Shown piece after piece: positions 1 through 12,780 of a stretch of 64,000 bases of DNA (position 1 is the first letter of the stretch; each line of letters opens with the position of its first letter). The notes under the pieces were generated by a model that did not search any database, had not been told where the DNA came from, and saw only the letters and a list, made by a program, of their open reading frames with translations. Source of the stretch: the human T2T-CHM13v2.0 reference genome, Homo sapiens; NCBI RefSeq assembly GCF_009914755.1, contig NC_060939.1, one strand, 5' to 3'. The position numbers and the translations under genes are program-made.

Positions 1-683
1 TTTGAGTTCAGTGAGGAAGCTCATAAACACAGCTCCTTACAGAAGGAGAGCGGGGAGAGGGCTGTTGACAGGAGACGCTGTGGGAATCACTTCACCTGGG
101 TCTTACTGGTTTGCAGATGTGCTATTCTGAACAGTCATCGTAACTGGAAAATAAGTTGGCTTTTCAACAAATAATTCAAATTGTATGAAGCTAAGACACT
201 TGCATGGAAATTCTGCCCCATTCTGTAGTTTCCCACTCCTGGGTGAGGCCAACCATTAGAAACAGATTTATGAAGAGCTCTTCGTTTGGGGCAATTCCAG
301 CGATTATGGAAAATGTGAGTTAAAATTTTAGGCTGGTGGCTCAAGGCAAACTTTGAAGACACTTTGCTAACAGATTTTATGTGGATCGTGAGTGTCAGGA
401 CCTGGTGCTGCTCCTGGACTCTGCTGGTCCCTCTCCCTTCTCACAACTCCTTGTCTCGCACTCAGGTTCCCTTCCACCTGGCATGCTGCCACCAAATTAA
501 ACTCCTAAAGCATCACTGGGTCGCACCCAAGACGCCAAACTCCTCAAGGGCACTTCTACAGTTTGACATCCAAGGCCATAAAATATCTGCCCAAATGATT
601 TCAGCCCTGGGGTGCTGAAGCTCCCACAGCCAGGCTCCAGGCTGTCCTGCCATGCGCCTTAGCTGGTGCTGTGACCTTCACCT

Positions 684-2032
684 GCACCACCTCCCCCTCC
701 TTCACACACCCCAGCCCCCATCACCTCCCCCTCCACACACACCCCAGCCCCCATCACCTCCCCCTCCACACACACCCCAGCCCCCATCACCTCCCCCTCC
801 ACACACACCCCAGCCCCCATCACCTCCCCCTCCACACACACCAGCCCCCCACATCACCTCCCCCTCCTCCACACACACCAGCCGCCCAAATTGCCTCCCC
901 CTTCACACACTCCATCCCCCCAAATCACCTCCCCTCGACACACCCCAGCCCCTCACATCACCTCCCCTCCACACACACCCCAGCCCCCCACATCACCTCC
1001 CCCTCCTCCACACACCCCAGCCCCCCACATCACCTCCCCCTCCTCCACACACACCCCAGCCCCCCACATCACCTCCCCCTCCTCCACACACCCCAGGCCC
1101 CCCACATCGCCTCCCCCTCCACACACACCCCAGGCCCCCCACATCACCTCCCCCTCCTCCACACACCCTAGGCCCCCCACATCGCCTCCCCCTCCTCCAC
1201 ACACCCCAGCCCCCCACATCGCCTCCCCCTCCACACACACCCCAGGCCCCCCACATCGCCTCCCCCTCCACACACACCCCAGGCCCCCCACATCGCCTCC
1301 CCCTCCACACACACCCCAGGCCCCCCACATCACCTCCACCTCCACACACTCCAGCCCCTCCTCATCGCCTCCCCCTCCACACATACCCCAGGCCCCCCAC
1401 ATCACCTCCACCTCCACACACACCCCAGGCCCCCCACATCGCCTCCCCCTCCACACACCCCAGCCCCCCACATCGCCTCCCCCTCCACACACCCCAGCCC
1501 CTCCTCATCGCCTCCCCCTCCACACACACCCCAGGCCCCCCACATCGCCTCCCCCTCCACACACACCCCAGGCCCCCCACATCACCTCCACCTCCACACA
1601 CTCCAGCCCCTCCTCATCGCCTCCCCCTCCACACATACCCCAGGCCCCCCACATCACCTCCACCTCCACACACACCCCAGGCCCCCCACATCGCCTCCCC
1701 CTCCACACACACCCCAGGCCCCCCACATCACCTCCACCTCCACACACACCCCAGGCCCCCCACATCGCCTCCCCCTCCACACACACCCCAGGCCCCCCAC
1801 ATCGCCTCCCCCTCCTCCACACACCCCAGCCCCCCACATCGCCTCCCCCTCCACACACACCCCAGGCCCCTCCTCATCGCCTCCCCCTCCACACACACCC
1901 CAGCCCCCATCACCTCCCCCTCCACACACACCAGCCCCCCACATCACCTCCCCCTCCTCCACACACCCCAGCCCGACAAGCCCCCCCATATCACCTCCCC
2001 CTCTACACGCACCCCAGCCCACCCAGATCACC
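684..2032. repeat. C-rich minisatellite/VNTR, ~33-39 bp variant units, roughly 35-40 copies
   Basis: Repeated unit CACACACCCCAG(G)CCCCCCACATC(A/G)CCTCCCCCTC(CTC)CA. G-rich on the minus (pre-mRNA) strand. Confidence 0.97.
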
Positions 2033-3664
2033 AGGCCCGATTCCTCTGCAGAAGCCTCAAAGGAGTTCGTGTCTGTCCGGTCTCCATGTGAGAGTGCGAG
2101 AGTGCCACGACAGGGGGATTCTGTCCTACATCCTCTGGAGGGCCACTGTCGTCAGTGGCCCCTGAACCATACGCTTGCCACCCAGACAAGAAGATCAAAC
2201 TGGTAATTTCTCAATCACTTTCCTGCTATCAAAAGAAACTCACTCCTTGAACACTGGCTGAAGAGTACAGCCTCAAACCACAGGAAAGAGAATGGCATCT
2301 GACCTAATCCTACCCTAACCCAGCATCTGACCTAAGCCGGAAGGGAAGTGTGCACGGCCCGTCACCCATGCGAGTGCTCACGGAGCCCACCCTCGTGGAG
2401 GCCGCCCCCTCTTGGGTTAAACCTCTTCCCCAGCACACCCCCTGCCCCGCCCCAGAGTCAGCTCCTCCCCGACAGAGCCCGCCTTCTGCAGCCTCCTCTC
2501 TTTATCCAAACTGAGGCCGAGGGCACTTTCTACGCCATTTGTCCTAACAAGGAGGAGCACTACTGACCCTGCCTCGCCCGGGCTGCGGGGTCGTGCTGTG
2601 AAGGGGTGCTCCTTGCTGTCTAGTCAGAGGGGCCTTGCTGCCTGGGGAGGGGACAGCTGGTGGTGCAGCTGGCGGCACGGCCTTCCCTCTGTGGACGGTA
2701 ATGGGTTTCTTTGACTTCCAGACTCCCAGACACGGCCGTGAATTGAAAAGTGCTCCCAGGCCATGGGGTCAAAGACAGTGGGCCCGAGGGCTCTAGCGGC
2801 CCCTTCATCACCAGATGCTGCCCTGCTGCCAGGCGGGCGCCCAGGGACAGGCCCTGCAGGCGGTCGTGCTGTGCCCCTGCCAGCACTGGGAGCTGGGGGT
2901 CTCCGAGCCAACACATGCTAATTCGAGATCAGCCTCTGGCCTTTCAGCTGTTCTCACCGCAGTTCTGAGAAAGAGATCTCAACTGAGAGAATTCCCCAGA
3001 GTTCTGGAGAAGGGTGTCGTATTGGTTTCAGAACCAGCCAGATCCCTTCCAATATATTCTATTCTTCAGAGAAAACAGTAAAACTATGAACACAACAGGA
3101 ACCCATTCCTTCCGGGGGCCGCTGTGAGGTCAGACATTGAATGGCACACCCAGGTCCAGAAGCTACTTCCAGCAGGCAGGGCCCTTGGGAAGCCAGGGCC
3201 TGGGCTCCACGGACAGGGGTTCCTGTCGTCAGGAGGCAGAGGGGTCCAAGGGGCAGGGAGAACCGGGAAGCAGGCTCAGAGCCAGTCCCAGTGCAGAGCC
3301 GGAATTGTGATGGCAGCAGGCAGGGTCACTGAGCAGAGGCGGTGAAGGGGACAGAGCTGCCCCCGCGCCACAAGGCAGCCATGGGGAACCACACACCCCT
3401 GCCGCCTTCAGGGGTTTCCGGGTCCATCTGCCGCCCTGCCCGGTGCCCCTGCTGGCTACAGCATGGAGCTTCCCATTGCACCCTCGGTCAGCCTCCCCTC
3501 TGCCTTCCCAGGGGCTTCCCTCACGGAGGGCCCTGTCCTGGGCCTGCCATCCCCAGTATCTAGGTCCTTCCACATCTGCCTGGTAACCTCCTCAAGGTCC
3601 TAGATCCACACTCCCCTCTACCTACCATCCCATCTTCTCTCCTCTTTACCAAACATCCTGCGAG

Positions 3665-3835
3665 AGTGATCTACTCCTGCTCTCAAAGTGGGAGCAGCAG
3701 CAGGGCTGAGGCTTTTATACCCCCAACTTCAATACCCCAATTACTGACTCAGGAGCCCTGGGGGTGGGCCCAGTCATTAGGATTTGATTATCAAGTTCCC
3801 CACAGGGACACCCACTGGTGTCTGAAAACCACAGC
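3665..3835. mobile_element. hAT-Charlie (MER5A-like) DNA transposon relic
   Basis: ctctcaaagtg ... ctgggggtgggcccag ... tgaaaaccacag motifs resemble MER5A. Confidence 0.45.
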
Positions 3836-5639
3836 CACACCTGCGCTCCCCTGCGCACGTGCCGTCCACTCCTTTACCTGGTGTGGTCCAGCCCTGCCCT
3901 CCATCCCATCAAAGCTGCTCTGCCAAGGTCACCAGCAGCCCCTCCATGGTGCGCCACGTGGCCCTGGATGTTAGCTTCTGGACAGCACCTGACCCATTGC
4001 TTTCTTCCAGAACTGCTGGTTTTGGCAAATCCAGGCTCCTGGGAGCCCTGCCTAGTGCCCTGTAGCCTGTCGTGTGTGGGGGTGCCTTTCTCCTGCCACC
4101 TGCAATGGTGTCATTCTGTAGGGCTCCCTCTCTCACATTTCCCAGGCCCCAGTGACAGCGGCAGCTAACTCTGATCACTATGAACTACAGCTCCTGTCAT
4201 CTGGTGGACACTCACTCAGAATTCAACCCACCACACCCAGACAGGTCAACACCCATGCACACTCATCCGAGACTCTTTACGGACGACCTTCTGTTTGGGG
4301 GATACGCTGTGCCTGTCCTTCTTCCCTCTGAGCCTTTGCACAGGCTGTTCCCTCTCTCAGGAGCCCTTCCAGCCCCACTCCCTGCACCTCGCATGCCTGA
4401 TGCCCACCCAGCCTGACCTCCCAGACCTTCCATGGACCCCCAAATTGGGCCTGACATCATGACAGGTGCCCCACAGTGTACTGGGCTCCCCTTGCAGTGC
4501 TGATGACAACTATTATCACAGCCAACTGTCTCCACTGATAACATTGATTTGAATTATTTTTATCATAAATGGAAAACTAAACAACATTGGGAAGGCAGAG
4601 GTCCCAGCTCAGCTTTATAAAAACACCTAAGAACATCTCCATTACTGCCAGTTCAGGAATGGGATTTCAGGGCCATGCCCACCTCCTGACTAAAGGATTC
4701 CTCTCCACAGGCAGCTCCCACACATCTGCTTCTAGCACCCACAGTAAAAAGGGGGTCCTGGCCGGGGCTCAGGGGGCCACTGTCTGCAGCCTGCCTGGCT
4801 GCTCCAGGTGTTTCAGGGTGGCTGCTTGGGGACTGTCTGCTTGTGTGAGGATGTGCTGGGGGCTCACGGGCCAGCCGGAAGCTGATCTGGCCCACCACAA
4901 GCCACCCTGAAGGAGGTCCCTGTGGTATATATGACTCCCCAGGTGCGGGGCACCTTACAGCGTCTGAATGCGCTGTCCATATATGACTCCACAGGGCACA
5001 GAGAAGTCACATCTCTTCCTGTCCTAAGACCACCCTGCCTGCAACGGTGACCAGTCCTTGTGGGTGTGATTGTCGGAAGGGCTTGTGAGCTTATTCAGCC
5101 AACATGGAAACTGCTCCTCCACCCACAGAAGCTCCTCAGGGTCAGCGCTGCCTTGGTCACTGGTTGGGACAGGGACCAGCATTGCCACCTGGCTTGCGTG
5201 CATGTGGGCTCTCGGGATCTCAAAGTGACAGGGAGAGCATTGGGGGTGACATCAAAAGGTCTGAACCCTGTGCTAGGGTGTCTTTACAGGAGTCAGCAGA
5301 CAGCGAGCAGCTGGCCAGGCCTGATCTGATGCCCGGTACCAGTGCCTGGCCAGTGATCTGGGTAGAGATAACCATCCGGGGCTCCACGGCTGCTGAGAAG
5401 CCCAAAGCAGGTGCAGTTCTGGGTGGGCCTGGATGCTTCTGGTCATGCTGTCATCTGCTCTCCTCTGCTTGTTGCTTGGGCTCAGAATTGGCTTCAGCCC
5501 CTACCCCCGCCCCTCCCTGGTGAATCTGCAAGTCTCCCCTGCCCACGCCCTCTGCTCCAACTCACTGCTGTGTTCCCCAGCCATGCCCCAGTCCCCGAGG
5601 CCTCCAGGACCTCCTTGGCCACCTGTCACGGGAGTTCTC

Positions 5640-5805
5640 TGCATTTCCTAAACTGGACTGTCGGCCTCTCTAGCAGGATTGGGGCAATGTTCATGGATGA
5701 TATCCTAAAATATGTTTTCCAGTCGTTTGCTTTCTCTCCCTGTATTTCAGGGACACCAGTGAGCTGTCGATTTGGTCTATTTACATAACCCCATGTTCCT
5801 TGGAG
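5640..5805 (-). mobile_element. L1 ORF1 fragment
   Basis: Minus-strand translation YVNRPNRQLTGVPEIQGEK...ILLER resembles L1 ORF1p (VKRPNLRLIGVPE...NFPNLARQ). Confidence 0.75.
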
Positions 5806-6009
5806 GGTGGGTCCTTGGAAGATCCCTTGCACTATGGGCCACGTGACTTTTCCAGATGTCCCCATCTCTCTGTCCTGGCTAGCAGCATTCCACACTGAGT
5901 CATGACAACAACGATGATGAGGAGGAAACAATACCCCAAAAGGGTGACTGACTTGCTGAATTCAGAACTTCCCATGTTCCAAGTCCTGTTGGCTCCATTA
6001 CGGACAACA

Positions 6010-6080
6010 TCCCATTTCGTCCCATAACCCTGGTACTGTTATGATCCTCATTTTACAGATGAGGAAACTGAGGCTCCACG
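6010..6080 (-). mobile_element. MIR fragment
   Basis: MIR core cattttacagatgaggaaactgaggct. Confidence 0.8.
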
Positions 6081-6644
6081 AACATACTGCCTGTCACGTG
6101 TCAGGCACCATGAGGCTGCAGGAGTGCCTGGCATGCCCAGCTCAGAGAAGGCTGAAAGGACCTGGCAACTGAGGCACTTCCCTGGCCTGAAGCTTCTTGG
6201 CCTCAGACAGGACCAGGGATCCAGGGCTGCTTTCTCCCCACCCCAGAGGGCGGTGATGGCAGTGTGTGATCAAGACAGGCCGGGGCGCCCTGGGTACTCG
6301 GTCCATGGACCCAGCTCTGCTCCTGGGGGCTCTCCCCTTGGGTCAGGAGCTGTCCCAGGTCCTTTTACCTGGATCCCAGACCACCTACCAGCACAAAGCT
6401 CAGACGCACCTGGGCTGTGACTCGTGGCTGCAGAAATGGAACTGGGGATCTAAGGGGAAAAGCACCAGCACTGGGTTCCCCAGGCCCGGGCTGGCGTCTC
6501 TGCAGGTGCCGCTCTCTGAGCCTGTGGCCTCATCTACAGCACAGGGCTGATAAGACCAACATCCCACAGGTTTGCTGAAAGGCTTCAAGAGAGATGAATG
6601 CATCCGGGGGCCTCGGCACAGGGCGCTCATGAGTGTTCACCTCA

Positions 6645-6902
<258 letters not shown>

Positions 6903-7326
6903 TCATCACATCGTCATTGCCCGAAGGAGGAGGCAGAAGTGCTGACAGCTCTCAAAGCCGCCAGAGCAGGGGCGGCCAGGGCTTCCCCTCTTCTAATACT
7001 TCCCATCATTGTGAAATCAAAGCTTCAGTCACTGGGCGATTTGCACTTTTGTTTTTTTTTTTTTTCTGGAACGACATCAACATTTTCAATAAACTCTACT
7101 GACCTGTCCATTAAAATTCAAATAATCATACAGCTGATTACATCTTTCATTAAACTGTACATGTTACACAAATGACTGCAACGTGACCGCAGCTTTGCAC
7201 GTCATGAGAACTTAAGGCAGCAACACCTGTCTGCCTCCGGCTTCTTTCGGGTTGCGTTGCAAAGGTGCCACGGGGAACGCTGTATGTCTAAGACCCTCTC
7301 CTTCCACTGCCCCTCCTCTGTTCTCA

Positions 7327-7644
<318 letters not shown>

Positions 7645-7939
7645 CTAATTATACGAGAGCTTTAATGATCAGTTTGGAATGCCTGTAATTTCAACTGTCA
7701 AGCCATGACTGCTAAGCACACACTTTAAAATGAAGGCGCCAGGAGGAACGCCTCGTCTCAGAAGTCTCAAAACGCTTTGTTGCCCACGCTGTTATACAGA
7801 ATGCCTCTTTTTAAAGAAAACATATGGTCTGGGAAGTCTTTCATGCTGTCCCTACCACTCCAACTGGCCCCTCTGATGACAGTACTCAAAGACTGCAGAC
7901 GGAAGGCTGCCTGACGTGCGTGGTTTAAGACGGCACTTC

Positions 7940-8335
<396 letters not shown>

Positions 8336-8904
8336 TCAATCTGTGGGAAATGCCACATGCTCCCTTCTTGGAGTCCTGCATTGTGCATTCGTGTGTTAAA
8401 GGCTCTGAGAAGGGCTGTGCTGAAGTACTTATTTAGCTGTTTAACATTTTAACCCAGCATTTCTCAAATATTTCATAATGGGCCCCTTTGGACACGTAGT
8501 ATCTATTAATATTTTGCAGTCTCAGGATTTCACACAGTTTGTAAAACACTGCTCTGAGGAAAGAGAGACAACTTCATGAGTTCCAGAACATTCTACTGGC
8601 CAACCTTGAACACCGAGATGCTGCTTTAATAGTGAGGTGAAATCACTTTAACAAAAATGAAACCTGTTTCTGCCTAGTTTTCCGTTTCTGAAGGACTAAC
8701 CAACAACCAACTGCTTTTCTTTCCACCTTCACATCTCTGCTGCCCAGAGGTCACCTGTGGCGTGAGATGCCTGGGACATTGCTCCAGCTCCAGTCAATGC
8801 CGCCCTATGAGTGTCTACACGGCAAGAAGATCCATGCTGCAAAAGCTCTGGGCCAGGGGCCCTCCTGGCGCAGGGCAGGTGAGGTAAGGAGAGGAAGGGT
8901 GAGT

Positions 8905-9113
8905 GCGTGTGTGTCTGTATGTGTGTGTTGTGTGTGTGTGTGCATGTGCATGTGTATGTGCATGTGCATGTGTCTGTGTATATATGTATGTGTGTGTTTG
9001 TATGTATGTGTATGTGCATGTGTATATGTGTATGTGTATGTGCATGTAGATGTGTGTGTCTCTGTGTGTATGTGTATGTGTGTGTATGCGTGTGTGTGTG
9101 TGTGTGTGTGTGT
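8905..9113. repeat. Compound (TG)n/(TATG)n/(CATG)n microsatellite, ~210 bp
   Basis: Directly visible alternating purine-pyrimidine tract. Confidence 0.97.
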
Positions 9114-12100
9114 TGAGGGGAAGACAGGGACCCAGAATCACCCTACACAAGCAAGGACAGCTCCATTAGAAAACAGTGAGGTCTCCAAGCACTGTGTGGG
9201 GACTGCGCTCCCCAAAGCATTCATGAAGAACGCATCTGAACGGGTCTTGAAAGATTGGTGGGATTTCATCTAGTGGGCGCTCAGGGAGACACTCAAGCCC
9301 CAGAACAGGTGAGCCAGGGAAGGATGTGTTTAAGAAAAGCAAATAGATAAGGCTCTGGAAGTCAATTCTTAATTCTGGGGCACTGGGGAGCCTGTAAGGG
9401 TGTTGGAGCTGGGGAGCAGGGGGACTGGAGCTGCGTGGTAGGAGGTGCCTTCTGGCAGCAGGGGTAGGGTGGGCTGGAGCTGACAGAGGCCAGGACGTGA
9501 AGCACTTTTGCACGGGTATGGGTGAGGTGACGATTCTGAATGGGGTCAAGCGCTGTGAAATAAGCATGCTCTAGGTTGACGAAGAAAGGCTGGTGGCCGT
9601 GTCTAAAGGTCTAACACATCACAGGAAAATGGCTCCCGTGGGCCTCCTAACACACGGAGCACACTCCTCGCCTCTCTGGCTGGACCGACCCACGGCTGCG
9701 TGTGTTTAATTGTCCGAAACAGAGGTGAATCATCCGCTGTGAGCGGGACGCATGTGCGTCTGTGGTCCTCCGCCTTGGAGGCTGTCAGTCCTGATGCCTG
9801 CTGCACAGAGCTGAGAAGCAGGGCGAGGGCAAATGCCCTCAGGTCTAATCAGGAAATATTTTCAATTAGTCTCTATCAGAAATTAGAAAAAATATCAATG
9901 ACATACCCAAGCAAAACTAATGACATGCAGACACCAAAACACTTTCCAATTCAAGGCACCATTCCACCAGGAAGGAGAACAAGCATTTGAGGAGGGGCAG
10001 AGGTGCAAGGGACCCTCTCCGCAGGTGCAAGTGAGCAGAGGCTGCCACACACTGGAGGCTATGTAAAGGTCAAAGGACGCGGCTGCATCTGCTCCGGGTC
10101 GCCTTTCGGGGACATGTTGGCCCCACCTTCCTGGACCCTTTTCCCAGGAATCCTTTGACCTTGACTCCTCAGCCTCCCCAGCGAGAATCCTGCAAGTGGC
10201 GCTTGACGTCTCCCCTCTCTTCCCCACCATCAGTGTGTGTTTAATTAGGTCTGGGTGTGTCTCGCGGCCCAGGGTGGCCAGCTCTGTCCTCTGCTCTGCA
10301 GGCTGGGGCTGGAGGTCTGCAGACTACGCTTCCCAGGCTGCCGTGCCTGGGCTGCCGGCAGGCTCTGCCTGTAGGGGGTGCCAGAGGGCACCTGGCCGGC
10401 CTGCGGGGCGAGGAGGGAGCTGCGGGTTTCCTGCGCCTTCCCACCTCCTCCCTTCTGTTCCCCGGCTTTGCGGGCTGAGAGCTGCCCTCCGCACTTATTC
10501 CACTCTCTGTAAGCTCAGCACCCTCTTCTGTTCCTTCAGCCTTCCACACCCAAGTAACCTGCTCCCCGTAACTGTGTTGAAATCCTAAGGGCAATTTCTT
10601 TTCCTGACCATCTGGGGCACATCTATTTTACCCACCTCTGTACCCGTCTCACAATCGCACACAGCGGGTACTCAGTAAACTTCTGCAGAGGAGACGGGCA
10701 GACGCCTCCTTGCGGGGCAACTCCACTCAGCCCCTGTCCACCTCCTCCTCGCAGGAGCTTCTAACCTGTGTGCCTCTCTGCCTTGATTTTCTGTCTCTGT
10801 AATTTGGTCGCCATCCTGCTACCACAGCTGTTTTTAAATCAATCTGATGAGGTCACTGCAGTTGAAAAGACTTTAATGAGACCCTGGCTCACTGAACTCC
10901 ATCTGGTTTCCAGCTTCCTAACCCAGCGCCCCCAAACTCCCCGCTCTTTGAACAAACCAGCTCTAATCCCTACTATCAAACACGTATTGTTCCTTCTTCC
11001 CAGCTCCCCACCTCCCTTTCACCTGGCGCCTCCCAGTCACCTTCAGGACCAGCGGAAATGCCTGTGACCCTGAAAAGCCAGTGGGCAGCCACCCCTCCCC
11101 CATCCCACCCAAGCTCCAGGCTCTGCAGCCTCACCTGCATGTTGACTGCCAGGTATAAAGCTCAACTCTGCACCTGGAGGTGGAGGGCAAAAAAGGGGCT
11201 GTGAACAGTCCCTTCTTTCCCAGGTGGCTCTGTTTGCCCTGATCTGTAACTGTCTTCTCTGATCCATGTGGTGACAAAGGTACACCTGTGTCTGGTGCCC
11301 AGCTGGGGCTCATGCACCCGATGTGGGCATCACTAGTGCCCAGGGCTGTCCCCGCACAACAGGAGTGAGGATTTGAGACCCCGCTGGAGAAGAGCCCCTG
11401 CTCAGTCTGCTCCGGGGAGAGGGGATCCGAACTCAGGTGTGTGCTGTCCACCTTCTCAGGTGGGTGCACGTGGAAGTGATGGAGGATGAGAACTAAGGCT
11501 ACCTGGCCTTGGGCAGCTTCCCAAAGCCCACTTAACACAGAGCCCCGAACATTTCAGTCTATCCACACAGCCCAGAGTCTGGGATCTGAGGGAGATCGTG
11601 AAGAGGTCAACCTGCCTGGGACCGGGAGTCAGACCGCAAGTCAGTTGTCTCTGGGCCCTGCCTGGGCACTGAGGGCCCACAGGATGTGAGCACATTTCTG
11701 ATCCTGTGAGTCTCAGTCCCCTTCCCTGAGAAGCACCATTGCTCACACAGACCCAGACAGCAGTGCTGTGTGGCTGAAAGGAAGGCTTGGATCATTAGTA
11801 TGAGCTCATCCAGCCCATGCCTCCATCTCCTGCCATCGGGAACAAGGTGGGGCAGGGCAGGCATCAGGGGTCTGTGGACAAGGGCCGGGGATTTGCAGAA
11901 ACACCGTGGAGCTCTGAGCTGCCTGTTCCTCCAGGTCCCAGCCGGGTCTGCTCACCTCCCTTTATATTTAGTGGTTTCCTGCCCAGCACCCACTCTCCCT
12001 GCTCCCTCTACCAATGTCCTTGCCACATCCTGGCTCCTGAAGGGAGCACACACACCTCTGAATTTTTCCAGAAAGACTCAGAATTACAGGGAAGGGCCTT

Positions 12101-12339
12101 CTCCCTCTGCCTTCCTTAGACTTGGTAGAAACAGCAGGCTTGTTACTACCGAAGTTTGCTGAATCAACTTCCTCCTGGACAACCCTGCAGATGAGCTGGA
12201 GCTCCCGCTCTGCGCTCCAGACCCTGGGGAGAGCCCGCCCTGCGGCCCCCTGGTCCTGCCGCCACCCCCAGGTAGGTTCCATGCCCACCCAGGGCTCCAG
12301 GGTGCCTTACTGCACAGGGTGAGGCCTGTGTTCATTATG

Positions 12340-12780
12340 ACTGTAATTGCATAAGGAAATAGGGATGCAGACAGGAAGAGCTGCTCGTTCTGTGAAAACC
12401 AAGTTGAATGCTTTGGAAAGACTCAATAAAGGAGGGCAGCCAAGCAGAAACCGCTGCCAAGTCAAGTCCAGGCAAGGCAGGTCTAAGAGCAGAGAAGAAT
12501 CATAAAAATCTAGGGAAGGTCTGTCTCCCCTGGCTGGCTTCCCCTGGCTGGCTCCACTTTAGAGGAACTGAATCTGAAAATCATTGATGGTGTGATTTCC
12601 ACAAACTTTCTGCAAGAAATACACCCAGACAGGACAACAGACCCATAACCAAAGGGATGACCACAGCCCCAAATGAGATGACTGGTTGACAGATGCTCAT
12701 TAGCATATCTGACGTCAAAGAAAAACGATTGTGTGTCCACATCATTTTTATGATTGTCTGCATTAGCTGTTTGGATGAAG
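12340..12780 (+). mobile_element. TcMar-Tigger (Tigger13-like) transposase relic
   Basis: Translates SVKTKLNALERLNKG (HTH-psq-like N-terminus of Tigger transposases), followed by aaaaatctag...ctccacttt...gacccata landmarks. Confidence 0.6.

Noticed and set aside
684-2032. CRISPR-like regularly spaced repeat
   Set aside because: No unique spacers, no cas genes, and the context is eukaryotic. The same applies to the 86-89 bp repeat at 17717-18070.
652-2165. Long Pro/His/Thr-rich ORFs (479 aa and 424 aa) and Gly/Val-rich minus-strand ORFs
   Set aside because: They are a by-product of a VNTR whose composition rarely yields stop codons. They are open in several frames, antisense to the host gene on the + strand, and have no splice or poly-A support. 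The gccATG at 652 alone is not evidence.
2295-2336. Telomere-like ccctaaccc within a short gcatctgacctaa direct repeat
   Set aside because: Only one true hexamer. Too short to call an interstitial telomere.
8729-9273. Cys/Val- and His/Thr-rich ORFs
   Set aside because: They are translations of a (TG)n microsatellite.
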